From Chiloscyllium plagiosum (Eukaryota), in NCBI RefSeq assembly GCF_004010195.1, contig NC_057718.1:81964682-81984681 (forward strand): a stretch of DNA of 20,000 nt, in the 5' to 3' direction. This document shows positions 1-10,296 of this stretch, one piece after another. How positions within the stretch are numbered: position 1 is the first letter of the stretch; every line of letters starts with the position of its first letter. Below the pieces are notes generated by a model. The model made no database searches. It was not told the origin of the DNA and saw only the letters and a list, made by a program, of their open reading frames with translations. The position numbers and the translations under genes are program-made.

Positions 1-1620
1 CATAAAGTTCTTCTGCATTTTTTTCTGCTTATCCTTCCTACAACAAGGTGGCCAAAACTGAACATAATACTCCAAGTGCGGCCTCACCAATGTCCTGTAT
101 AACTGCAACATAACTTCCTAACTTCTATACTCAATGCCCTGACTGATGAAGGCCAGTGTACCAAAAGCCTTTTTCACTATGCTGTCCACCTGAGCCTCCA
201 CTTTCAGAGAACTCTGAACCTGAGCTCTAAGATCCTTCTGTTCCACTCTACTCCTTAAGGCCCTACCATTCATCAGGAAACTCTGACCTTGATCTGACTT
301 TCCAAAATGCAATACCTCACATTTATCTATATTAAACTTAATTTGCCATTTCTCGGTCCACTTCCCCAGCTGATCAAAGTCCTGCTGCAATTTCTGATAA
401 CCTTCCTCACTGTCCATGATAGTGCCTATTTTAATGTCATCAACAAAACTTGCTAATCATGCCTTGTACATTCTCATCCAAATCATTGATATAGATAAAA
501 ACAGTAATGGGTCCAGCACCGACCCCTGAGGCACTCCACTACCCACAGGCCTCCAGTCCGACAAGCATCCTTCCACTATTACCCTCCGTTTACTCCCATC
601 AAGCCAATTTTATATCCAATTTGCCACCTCACCCGGGATTCCATGTGATCTAACCTTCCAGAGCAGCCTACCATGTTGGACCTTACCAAAGGCCTTACTG
701 AAATCCATATAGACTATGTCTACCACCTTTCCTTCATCAACCTTCCTGATCACTTCATCAAAGAACTCTAACAAATTTGTATGGCATGATCACCCATGCA
801 CAAAGCCATGCTGACGACTCCCAATCAAACTCTATCTTTCCAAATACATGTAAATCTTGTCCCTCAGAATCTTCTCAAGTAATTTAACTACAACAGATGT
901 TAGGCTTACTGGTCTAGAATTCCCATGCTTTTCTTTGCAGCCCTTCTTGAATATTGGCACAACATTTGCTACCCTCCAGTCTTTTGGGACCTCACACGTG
1001 GCTAACAATGATGCAACAATGATTCCTGAAGGGCTTATGCCCGAAACGTCGATTCTCCTGTTCCTTGGATGCTGCCTGACCTGCTGCGCTTTTCCAGCAA
1101 CACATTTTCAGCTCTGATGCAACAATGTCAACCAGGGTCCCTGCAATTTCTTCTCTCACCTCTTGCAGTGTTCTTGGATATATCTCGTCAGAACCAAGAG
1201 AATTATCTAACTTCATACATTGTAATACATCCAACATCTTCTCTACTGTGATATGGACTGTCCTCAAGATATTACCACTAACTGCCCCAAGTTCCCAAGT
1301 CCCCAGGTCTTCATGTTTTTCTCCATGGTAAACACAGAGGATAAACATTCACTGCGAACCTCACCCATCTCCTGTGGTTCTACGCATTGATCCTGGAGGT
1401 GCCCTATTAACACTCTGGTTGTTCTTTTTCCTTTATAATACCTAAAGTACCACTTTGGATTCACCCTAATATTATCAGCCAAGTGTATTGTGTGACCCCT
1501 TTTTGCCCTCCTGATTTCCTTCTTCAGTAAACCCCTGCATTCCCTGTATACATCCAGTGATTCCCTTGATCCCAGCTGCCTGTACATGAGCCACACCTCC
1601 TTTTTCCTGGTCAAAGCCTC
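1..1620 (-). mobile_element. CR1-clade LINE ORF2 (reverse transcriptase) fragment, degenerate, interrupted by a PLE mini-insertion at 1022-1114
   Basis: Minus-strand ORFs give CR1 ORF2 motifs: LQQDFDQLGKWTEKWQIKFNIDKCEVLHFGK (118-417), GSDEIYPRTLQEVREEIA (992-1348) and LKKEIRRAKR...NPKWYFRY (1264-1614). Frameshifts, stops and internal deletions are present. It runs off the window start. Confidence 0.92.
1022..1114 (+). mobile_element. Penelope-like element terminal (pLTR) fragment, family A, with a hammerhead motif carrying a 3-nt core deletion
   Basis: Sequence attcCTGAAGGGCTTATGCCCGAAACGTC...ttttcagctc is near-identical to the arms at 1957-2161 and 4729-4938. A perfect 13-bp TSD tgatgcaacaatg lies at 1009-1021 and 1115-1127. 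Confidence 0.85.
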
Positions 1621-1956
1621 AATAAAAGCTAGAGTTTGTCAAATACTGTTCATGTCCTAACTTGAAGCAAGTCCTACTCATCCACTACCCCTGAACTGTA
1701 CTTGTTTCCAGTTAAGATATTCTTTAATTTTAAAATACTCATCCTTGTTTACCATGCATGGTCTTGCCTCTCTCTTTCTAGAAATCTCTGCCAGTCTTAC
1801 AATTTTATAAAATAGTTTTAGTCTCCTTCTGGTCTCTTGAGCACTCCGAATTTTTATCATACCATTATTAGTGGCCGTGCCTTTAGCTGCCATGTGCCTA
1901 AGGTCTGGATTTCCCTACTCCTTTAAAATGTGCTTAAATGGTATCTTGTGATGAAA

Positions 1957-2161
1957 GCTGAAAATGTGTTGCTGGAAAAGCGCAGCAGGCCAGGCAGCAT
2001 CCAGGGAACAGGAGAATCGACGTTTCGGGCATAAGCCCTTCTTCAGGCTTATGCCCGAAACGTCGATTCTCCTGTTCCCTGAATGCTGCCTGACCTGCTG
2101 CGCTTTTCCAGCAACACATTTTCAGCTCTGATCTCCAGCATCTGCAGCCCTCACTGTATCC
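1957..2161. mobile_element. Foldback Penelope-like insertion, family A (82-bp inverted arms plus 34-nt tail)
   Basis: Arms 1956-2037 and 2046-2127 are reverse complements with 2 mismatches. The loop is 8 nt and the tail is 2128-2161. A perfect 14-bp TSD atcttgtgatgaaa lies at 1943-1956 and 2162-2175. Confidence 0.9.
2019..2046 (-). ncRNA. Minimal hammerhead ribozyme motif (PLE type), intact core
   Basis: Minus strand reads CTGAAGA-A-GGGC-TTAT-GCCC-GAAA-C-GTC. This gives the CUGANGA and GAAA boxes, a 4-bp stem II, a loopless palindromic stem III (ACGU) and a GUC cleavage triplet. The 5' strand of stem I is largely lost at the inversion junction. Confidence 0.72.
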
Positions 2162-2588
2162 ATCTTGTGATGAAACGTTGGGCATCATCATTCATTTTTC
2201 TTTATGCGAGGCAGTCAAATTTTGCTACATATCACCCATGTGAACAACCTTGGGATGTTTTAGGCATTTTATGAAAACAAGCTGCTGTTGTATGATCATG
2301 GAGATGATTCATAGAAACCAAAAATATATTCACTTAAAAAAAAAGAGGGATACAAGAGAAAAGTACTTTACAACACTAACTGCTATTATTTTATGTGGTC
2401 TGAAGAGATAATCAAGATCTCATGGAATGATGGATATATTAATTAATAGTTAATTGGGTGTGAGTTGGTTCTGTAGATTTGGGGAGCTAGTAGTCAGTGG
2501 GGTATGAATTTTATAGAATGCAGTGAACTGAAATAAAATTCTCATTAAAAGATTGGACTTGGACTCTGCTTCACAACAGTTATTTTCT

Positions 2589-2607
2589 TGTGTAGGAGAG
2601 AATGGTT
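2589..2607 (+). promoter_or_regulatory. Degenerate primer-binding site complementary to initiator tRNA-Met
   Basis: tgtgtaggagagaatggtt versus the expected TGGTAGCAGAGGATGGTT (1 insertion, 2 substitutions). It sits just upstream of the gag-like sequence and downstream of an AATAAA (2532-2537) in a putative LTR. Confidence 0.6.
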
Positions 2608-4728
2608 GAGTCAAAATGTAATGTTTTGGTATATAATTACCTATTCCTCTTTTCTGAACATCAGCCTTGTAATCAGTGAAAGACTTAAGTAACCATGTGG
2701 ACTTGAGTTACTTCTTTCGTAAAGAGGAAAGAAGGTACGGCCTTAGCACTTTTGTTACCCTACAAAAGCAGGATAAAAATCAAAGTTATTTTGAAATTAG
2801 AGCCTGATGATTCGAACCCAGATGAAAATTTAGACAAATTGTCAACTTTCATGGATAAAATTTATCAATAAGATCATTTATTGATTTATGGAGGCCCAGA
2901 CAGATTTTGCTAAATTTTTTAAAAACTGAGGATGGTACTATGGGGGAGTACATAATGCAATTAAGTAGATTGTATGCAAAACCGTGGAATTTTCAAATGA
3001 TATTTCAGTAATCTGATCTGGCATTTAAGTTATTGGACTTTGCCAAAGTATCAAATATGGACAGATTTCTTGGTCAGATAGTTTTGATGAGAGGTAAATT
3101 TGTGGATAAACTTAAGCTGCTTGATCAAATGTCAGGAGCATTACAGATTCCAAGAAAAGGATTCCTTTCCTTCAGCATTCATAGTGCAAAGACAGCAACT
3201 GGCAATACTACTGAAAATGGAATAGATGGGCAACAGTACGAAAGGAAAACCGTAACAAAGAGAAATAAGGACAGAAATGCTATTGGTTGTTTTGGGCAAA
3301 CAGAATTTGGGATTTACAATGAGTGAGCAAACCCCAGAAATCAAATTTTAGATGCAATTCAAAATACCATTACACCATGAACTGTCCCACAGTGTACAAC
3401 AGAGTAATTTAAACTAAATATGAAATGGACGATTTGGAGGAAGAAGTTGAATACACAGATCAAAGAAAGGACATTGTAATGGTCACAGAAAGTTTCAGCT
3501 CAGTGATGGATGTGATGGTGGCAGATTCTTCTACTTGTGTAGTGTTAAACAGTGGGTAGAATAGACTGGATAAACTGCTGCCTAGATTCTTGGTGTAATA
3601 AGAATCAGGACAAAGTTAAAGAATTTGAGGGTTTCACTAGTTTCAAATTTGGAAACGATGACACACTAAAACCTTTGAAAAGGGTGATCATTCTTTGTAA
3701 AATAGCCAAAATCAATAATTTTATGAGTACAAATGCAGTATGCAGTGAAATACTGCTGATATAAAGTAGGCCAGTGATGAAGAAAGCATATCCAGTTTTA
3801 TCAAGCTTTTGTATTTGGAAAAACTGAATTTGTGATTTACATAATCAGGAGACAATTGTACTCCTTTACTAGGACATAAGCCTCTCCACTGAAGAAATTA
3901 AATAAGTGACATTAATATCAATGGTAGAAACTTAGAAGACAAAAAATCAATTGTGTTAAAATTATACTGGTAATTTGCGTATCAAGCCTCCAAAAACATT
4001 AAAACTTTCAGGAGAGAATGCAGTAATAAGGGTTGATAGTAAGACTAACCTTAGCAAGTGATTTCATTGAGGTAATGGTTGAAGGATAAAGGTATAGAAA
4101 AAAATTTATTTTACATTTTGTAGTTTTGGCAACCACATTTTGTCAGACAACAAGAAGTCATCGTAAAGTAACTGTGGTTAAGGTATTGGAAAAGTGAATA
4201 GGAACCAGACATAGACCACTAGCAAAATTTCTCACACATAATAGAAGGGAAGTTGCTAACAATGAATTCTGAGATTCGTGTGAATATGAACATAATAAGC
4301 ACGAATACTGTAGCAGCAATCACTTTTAACAATGGGGGAATTGAAAAGAACCATGCATTACAAAACAAACAACTCTCAAAATTTTGACAAATCGGTTAAA
4401 CCATAAATTATCATCTACACTAGTACAGGCTGTCCATGCTGAGGATTTGTTGCAGATAGTTGGAGGATATAATCTATATCAGTTTGCTTTTAGGTAAGAA
4501 TTCTGAAGTTCCATCACTAATAGGTAAGGGACTACAAGTAGCTCTACTTTTTCCAAGAATGGAGCAGAAAGACATTCATTGAAGCTGAAATTTCAGAAAG
4601 AATTTAGCAAAGCTTAAGGTACAAATTAAGGCTATGAGCAACCAGTTCAATCAGGAGGGTGTGGACTATTGCATGGGTGAGGGACTTAAACAATGGACAG
4701 ACCTGGAGAAGGTTATTGATAAAGACAA

Positions 4729-4938
4729 CTAGCAGAAAGTGAGGACTGCAGATGCTGGAGATCAGAGCTGAAAAATGTGTTGCTGGAAAAGTGCAGCAGG
4801 TCAGGCAGCATCAAAGGAGCAGGAGAATCGACGTTTCGGGCATAGGTCCTGAAGAAGGGCTTATGCCCGAAACGTCGATTCTCCTGCTCCTTTGCTGCTG
4901 CCTGACCTGCTGCGCTTTTCCAGCAACACATTTTCAGC
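4729..4938. mobile_element. Foldback Penelope-like insertion, family A, in opposite polarity to 1957-2161
   Basis: Tail 4729-4765, arms about 4766-4849 and 4857-4939. A perfect 15-bp TSD tattgataaagacaa lies at 4714-4728 and 4939-4953. It interrupts the integrase C-terminal region. Confidence 0.9.
4849..4876 (+). ncRNA. Minimal hammerhead ribozyme motif (PLE type), intact core
   Basis: CTGAAGA-A-GGGC-TTAT-GCCC-GAAA-C-GTC, with a possible short stem I ggtc/gatt using G-U pairs. Confidence 0.72.
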
Positions 4939-5264
4939 TATTGATAAAGACAAGAAAATAATAATTGGACAGCATGGGAGCCTGACTGTTCAGGTATTCT
5001 CTTCAAGACTGCTTGATATAGATTGCAGGTTTGCAAATATTGAAGGAGTTATAGAAAATAACTGGGAACCAAGTATCTCTCCAACCATCTGCAACAAATC
5101 CTCAGCATGGACAGCCTGTATTAGTGTAGAGCTGTCAGAATCAGCTGCAAAGCTCTCAGTGTAGAGCTGCAGAGCTGTCAGAATCAAATTGTGCAATGAC
5201 AATTTGTCTGATGAAGGACAGATCAGTACCGATGGGGCCATTTGAGGCCACTGGTCAAAAAAGA

Positions 5265-5747
5265 GAAAGTGAGAACTGCAGATGCTGGAGAAGTCAAGAG
5301 TCCAAAAGGATAGCGCTGGAAAAGCACAGCAGGTCAGGCAGCATCCAAGAAGCAGGACAGTTGACATTTCAGATGTCAGATGTCTTCTTCCTTGGGATCC
5401 TTCAACCACACGGAGTTAACATCAATCTCACTAGTTTCCAAATCTCCCCTTCCCTCACCTCATCTCATATCCAACTCCGTAACTCAGCTTTTTGACCTGT
5501 CCATCTTCCTTCCCATCTATCCACTCCATCCTCTCCACTGATCTATCACAATTATCCCCCCTATCTGCTGCCACCTATCACCTTCCTACCTACCTTCCCC
5601 TCAGCCCCAGTCCCACCTCCCTATTTATCTCTTATCCCCCTTCCCCCTCCGCATTCCTGATGAAGGGCTTTTGCCCAAAACATCGAATCCTCTGCTCCTC
5701 GGATGCTCCTGACCTGCTGTGCTTTTCCAGCACCATCCTTTTCTACT
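5265..5747 (+). mobile_element. Older, longer Penelope-like element 3' fragment with inverted 5' pLTR, ORF C-terminus, pyrimidine-rich UTR and decayed hammerhead
   Basis: Inverted arm 5265-5370. FFLGILQPHGVNI resembles the PLE GIY-YIG C-terminal LxTLxPxGLN motif. Hammerhead remnant attc-CTGATGA-A-GGGC-TTTT-GCCC-aAAAC-aTC-gaat at 5653-5688. A perfect 14-bp TSD ctggtcaaaaaaga lies at 5251-5264 and 5748-5761. Confidence 0.85.
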
Positions 5748-6103
5748 CTGGTCAAAAAAGACAACTGCCAGATGTGGATACTAAAGTCAAATATTTAGCA
5801 GATGGGTTTAGCCAATGGAGAATGTGACTATTATATGCAGAGCAGGAAAGGGCAGTGGAAAATATAAAAGCTAGATAAATATACTGGATGAGGTGCAGGT
5901 GGTTAGATCCATGAAGATGTTAGGAATATGAAGTACACAAAGGAAAGGCAATAAAACATTTTCTTAGTCCAATAGTGCACCAGAGAGTGAACATGCCTCT
6001 GGAAAGAGATTATATTTTCTTGAAAAACTCCTATTAATATGAGGGGGGGGGGTCAATCAAACAGTAGCAGTCTAGAAAGAGATAGAAGGCAAAATAGTTT
6101 AAA

Positions 6104-6177
6104 TAAAGTCAGAAGTCACATGACACCAAGTTATAGCCGAACAAGTTTATTTGAAATCACAAGCTTTCCTTCGTCAA
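6104..6177 (-). mobile_element. Short remnant of family-B PLE terminus, hammerhead stem II deleted
   Basis: aaagtcagaagtcacatgacaccaagttatagccgaacaagtttatttgaaatcacaagctttc aligns by eye with 13045-13107. Confidence 0.65.
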
Positions 6178-6345
6178 AGCATCTGAAACAATATAGGCAG
6201 AGGGGCCAAGACCTTAGTTCACTTTGAGAGACAGAATGGGTGATTTGGCCCCTTTTGCTGTAAAATTATTTGATTCAACGTACCCATTTTTAACTTATAC
6301 ATAATGAAAACAACAAATACTACACATTTTCTGACTGTAAATTAC

Positions 6346-6468
6346 CTTGATTTCTCTTAAGATTTCACAAAGTATTGGTGAGTCCTGACAGATGTCCTCA
6401 AATACATCACTAAAAACCTGAAGACGTCTCAAATTTGGTCTAGGGAGATGGTCTATCTTCATCAGCTC
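6346..6468 (-). CDS. C6orf118: C6orf118 orthologue, internal coding exon (123 nt, phase 0/0), TSNAXIP1_N-like region
   Basis: The exon reads atgcag|GAG...AAG|gtaatt. It translates to ELMKIDHLPRPNLRRLQVFSDVFEDICQDSPILCEILREIK, colinear with recalled human [41 protein letters not shown]. It is in phase with the upstream exon. Confidence 0.9.
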
Positions 6469-6696
6469 CTGCATTCGTAGTATAATAAATGAAATTACTG
6501 ATTAAAATGGAGGTCAATCATAAGGTAAACTAGGATACTTAGGTAGCACAACAACTTGAAATAAACTTTGACAAATAAGACAAAAATACTTGAACAACTA
6601 TAATAACTGCATCGATAAGTTAAAACATTTGGGAAGTCCTGGTCTATGTAGTCAGATCCTTTCCACTGTTTCAGTCATATTCTTTGTTCTTCATCA

Positions 6697-8460
6697 AAAC
6701 ACAGAAAATAGGAGCAAGTCATTTGGTCCCTCAAGTCTATTCTGCCATTCTTAAGATCATGACCTTCTAAACCTTTTATTTATTCGTTCACAGGATATGG
6801 GCATTGCTGGCTAGGCCAGTATTCGTTGCCCATCCCTAACTGCCAGGATTGTAGTTGAGAGTCAACCACAAATTTAATAGCCTGTTCCTGCTTTAACCCC
6901 ATATCCTTTGATCCTTTTAGCCCCAAGTGCTACATCCAACTCCTTCTTGAAATCATATCATGTTTTGGGCTCAGCTGATTTCTGTGGTAGCTAATTCCAA
7001 AAGCTCACCACTTTGCAGGTGAAGAAATTTCTCATCAGTCCTAAATGTATTATATCAGCCCTGTATCATTACAATGTGACCCTAGAATTAGAACTTAGAA
7101 AGTTCTGGACTTTCCCACTACTGGGAGCATCCTTTCTGCATTTACCCTTTCTAGTCCTGTTAGAATTTTATAGACTTCCATGAAGATCCCCCTCATTCTT
7201 CTGAACTTCTTTGAATACAGTCTTAACTTATTCAACCTCTACCCATATGTCAGTCCCACCATTCTAGGAATCAGTCTGATAAACCTTTGTTGTACTCCCT
7301 CTCTTGCAAGAACATCCTTCCTCAAATAAGGAGGCCAAAACTGCACACATTATTCCAGGTGTGGTCTCACTAAGGGCCTGTATATTTGCAGCAAGATATC
7401 CCTGAGAATCACAGAATCCCTACAATTCAGATAGGAGACCATTTATCCCACTTAGTCTGCACTCTCTGAAGAGCATACCACACCCCTACCCTATCTCCAT
7501 AATCCGGCATTTACCCACCTAACCTAAACAACTCTACTAATAGCTGCACCACGGACAAATTTACCATGGCCAGTTCATCTAACCTGCTGTGGGAGGAAAC
7601 CGGAATACTCAGAGGAAACTCACACTGACATGGGGAAAAGATGCAAATTCCACACAGATAATCACTCAAGGCTGGAACTGAACCTGAGTCCCTGCCACTG
7701 TGAAACAATTGTTTAATCACGGAGCCACCATGCCACCCCACTCCTTACTTGAATTATGAAGACCAATATATTATTTGCCTTCTTTACCACGTGCTGCACC
7801 TTCAGCAACTGGTATATGTGGCCACCCAGGTCTTATTGCACATTCATTGCAATCAGTTTATAGCCATTTAAGTATTAATCTACCTTCCCATTTTGGCTAC
7901 CAAAGTGGATAGCCTTACATTCAACCCCATTATATTCCATCTGCCCATTCACAGAGCTTGTCAAATTACACAGAAACATCTCTGCACTCTCCTCAAAGTT
8001 CAATCTCCCACCCAGCTTTGTGTCATCTGCAAATTTGGAGTTGTTACATTTAGTTCTCTCATCCAAATCATTAATATATATTGTGAACAGCTGTAGTCCT
8101 AGCACTGTTCCATGTGGTACTCCAGTAGTCAATGACTGCCATTCCGAAAAAGATACATTTATTCCTACTCTTTATTTCCTTCCTGCCAACCAGTTCTCTA
8201 TTCATCTCAGTATTAGCCTCTAATCTATAGGATCTGTTCCAGATTCTACAGAATCTTGGAAGATGCCCACCAATGCCTTCACTATTTCTAGAGCCAATTC
8301 CTTAGGTACTCTGAGTTATAGTTTATCGGTGAATTTTTTCGGCCATCAATCCCATCAATTTCCCCAGTACTATTTCCCCACGAAAACTGATTTCCTTCAG
8401 TTTCTTCCGCTCACTAAACCCTGCATTGCCCAACCTATTATTTGTATCCTCCTTTGTAAA
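6697..8460 (-). mobile_element. CR1-clade LINE 3' portion, degenerate, with nested insertions
   Basis: GVPHGTVLGLQLFTIYINDLD...[11 protein letters not shown] (7875-8132) and a CR1-type 3' UTR near 6700-6960. It is split by a SINE at 7405-7740 and a different short repeat at about 6770-6870. Confidence 0.88.
7405..7740 (-). mobile_element. HE1-type V-SINE (tRNA-derived) inserted in CR1
   Basis: Minus strand ggggtggcatggtggctccgtg...ggttcagttcc (A/B-box-like), plus a V-domain core ccggtttcctcccacag. It is homologous to 15181-15497. Confidence 0.85.
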
Positions 8461-8966
8461 CAAAGAATCAAATTATGCATTTAGTTGGTCATCACCCCCA
8501 GCAAAAATTGTTATCTCCCACAACAGAAGTGAAACTATTATTATTTTGCATTCAGAACAATCCCAGTCCTACACTTTCCTATAATGCATTTTAAAAAAAA
8601 AATTGAGATTTTCAACAAGGTTTGGTTAGAATTTAATTCATCAAAATTCTTCATCAATTCCCCACAGTTTGCTTTAAATTACAGCCCTTTATAGTTTAAC
8701 TCCGTTATACCAGCTGCAATTACTTGTTTAAACTGCTTTCCAAATGTGTGCCCAGTTCCAGGTGATAATTCCAAATTTAAAAAAACCTCCCCACAAACTG
8801 TTTCCTGTTGTTGTATAAGGTATAAATTAACTTTTGGATATTGTGTAAAATGGGTGACACTGCATGAACTATCTTTTATAAAACACATGCCATATTCCTT
8901 TTTAATCTAAGTCAATGGTATTTATTTTGCAGAATCTAACGGGCACCAATGCAATACCATTCATTT

Positions 8967-9144
8967 TAGAATCCTAATAGTGCAGTAAGAGGCCATTTAG
9001 CCAATTCAGTCTGCATCAACCCTCCAAAGAGCATTTCACCCAAACCCACCACATCCCCTCACATGGGGATTTTACCAAGAATAATCCACATATCTCTGGA
9101 CATGACAGGGCAATTTAGCATGGCCAATCCATCTAACTTGCACA
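8967..9144 (-). mobile_element. Partial HE1-type SINE (3' half)
   Basis: gggcaatttagcatggccaatccatctaacttgcaca and the tail match the other copies in the window. Confidence 0.7.
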
Positions 9145-9582
9145 GAGAAGGATCATGTGAACATATCAACTACAAAATATTTGAGAGGAAAATATAACCG
9201 TTTGTTTTATTTTACCCCTTTGGATGATGTAGTGTCTACATAATGGCTTGTTTTTTCCTTCCTAAGTCTAATATTCTAAAAGGAGTCACTAAAAAATGTA
9301 AGCACTATCCCATGAGTGAGAACTGAAACATAGCATGCATTGATAAATTGAAATCTGTCTGCTTTTCACCAGGTTAAAAAAAAACACCTTATATTAGAGT
9401 AAATTCACTTTTAACAAAATGAATATTCAATCTAATTATGGGGCTGTGGAATTCCACAAATAGTCAGACATACTTAACTTACAGAATTTGCCACAGCCCT
9501 TATGCTATTTTCCTCCCTATTTTGATCTTCAGGTATGGCATTAGACATGACAGTGCAGCCACAAAATATTACCATCCCTTAC

Positions 9583-10296
9583 ATGAGTTAGCTTCCACTC
9601 ATGCTTTGCTACTGCTTTGTAACCAGTCAGTGCCTCTCTATCTAGAAGATCTTGCTTCATTAGGATATTTTTCTCGAATTCGAGCAGCTTACTGAATTGG
9701 TCCTTCTTCGTCAGCCCAACCAAGTAAGATTCAACAAAATGGTCCTGGCCATGGGCACTATGTGATCTTGTACACTTCTGCAGTCGAGGCTTTATGAGCA
9801 TGAGGTTCGATAGTTCCAATTCCTCTTTGGCAAGACGATCTGGTACAGTTTGTGCCTGTGTGTGTGGGGATTCTGAACATGGCTTGTTTTGTGGGATTGC
9901 TGAATCACTGCAGACATTCTGAGAAGTTCTGGCACTACTCTGGTTGAGATGATTGCAGATAGGGCTCAGACGTGCAGGCTTTATTGGCACCGTACTACTC
10001 ATCAGGTGACAGTCAACAAATGCAGCTGTCATTTTCTGAACATTGGCATCACTTAACTGCTGGAAAGATCTGTACTTTTTATCTTTCTTAAAAGGAGCAG
10101 GTTTTTTTGCACTCTTCCATAACACTGAGGTATCGTGATGCCTTGATATTTTATGCAGGTTCCTATGGTTTAAATGTCCAAAGCTGTAGGCATGAATGTC
10201 AGCTTTCTGAGACTTCTCCAACTGATGGAGTAGCTGTCGGAGTGTTTTCTTTTGTGGGTCAGAATACTCCTTTGAGTTATTCTTCATTGATGTCAT
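9583..10296 (-). CDS. C6orf118: C6orf118 orthologue, large coding exon (acceptor probably at 10315, first in-exon ATG at 10296)
   Basis: Motifs LLHQLEKSQKADIHAYSFGHLN, KEELEL, ESYLVGLTKKDQF...FEKNILMKQDLL...TGYKAVAKHEWKL match recalled human C6orf118 ([35 protein letters not shown]...FQKEVLAKQDLL...TGSKAAAGHERKL). The donor is CAT|gtaagg at 9583/9582 (phase 0). The acceptor is tttttcag|G at 10316/10315. Confidence 0.9.

Larger units (their letters stand above)
1830..2291 (+). mobile_element. Old L2-type LINE 3' end, split by the PLE hairpin insertion
   Basis: ggccgtgcctttagctg...ctggatttccct and tgtgaacaaccttgggatgtttta...caagctgctgttg resemble the L2-clade 3' terminus. Recognised from memory of the consensus only. 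Confidence 0.55.
4414..5130. repeat. 52-bp inverted duplication (4414-4465 versus 5079-5130) inside the LTR element
   Basis: tctacactagtacaggctgtccatgctgaggatttgttgcagatagttggag matches the reverse complement of 5079-5130 at 50/52. Confidence 0.9.
2390..6100 (+). mobile_element. Decayed Ty1/Copia-type LTR retrotransposon (putative 5' LTR, PBS, gag, protease, integrase; RT not seen), possibly GalEa-like
   Basis: Gag-like LAFKLLDFAKVSNMDR near 3020-3065. Protease site decayed to VVLNSG near 3540-3557, followed by TSFKFGNDDTLK...IILCKIA. Integrase core decayed to KFLTHNRREVANNEF...NNGGIEKNHA (from TDNGGEF...ERNH) near 4225-4357. Protease runs directly into integrase, the Copia order. Many stops and frameshifts. 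Boundaries are approximate. Confidence 0.75.

Noticed and set aside
1957..2161. Palindromic elements as MITEs (DNA transposons) or pre-miRNAs
   Set aside because: The asymmetric tail, variable 13-15 bp TSDs, hammerhead core and linkage to a PLE ORF end at 5265-5747 indicate a retroelement origin. There is no evidence for miRNA processing.
857..5409. Recurrent ORF peptides such as MCCWKSAAGQAA, MLPDLLRFSSNTFS and EGLMPETSILL suggesting a repeated protein domain
   Set aside because: They are translations of the same non-coding PLE terminal repeat in different frames and strands.
1009..5761. Dispersed near-identical repeats as a CRISPR-like array
   Set aside because: The context is eukaryotic, spacing is irregular at kilobase scale, each copy has its own TSD, and there are no cas genes.
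9541..9582. C-terminal VRDGNILWLHCHV* of the 251-aa ORF
   Set aside because: It lies beyond a strong GTAAG donor at 9582, and homology continues in the exon at 6468-6346.
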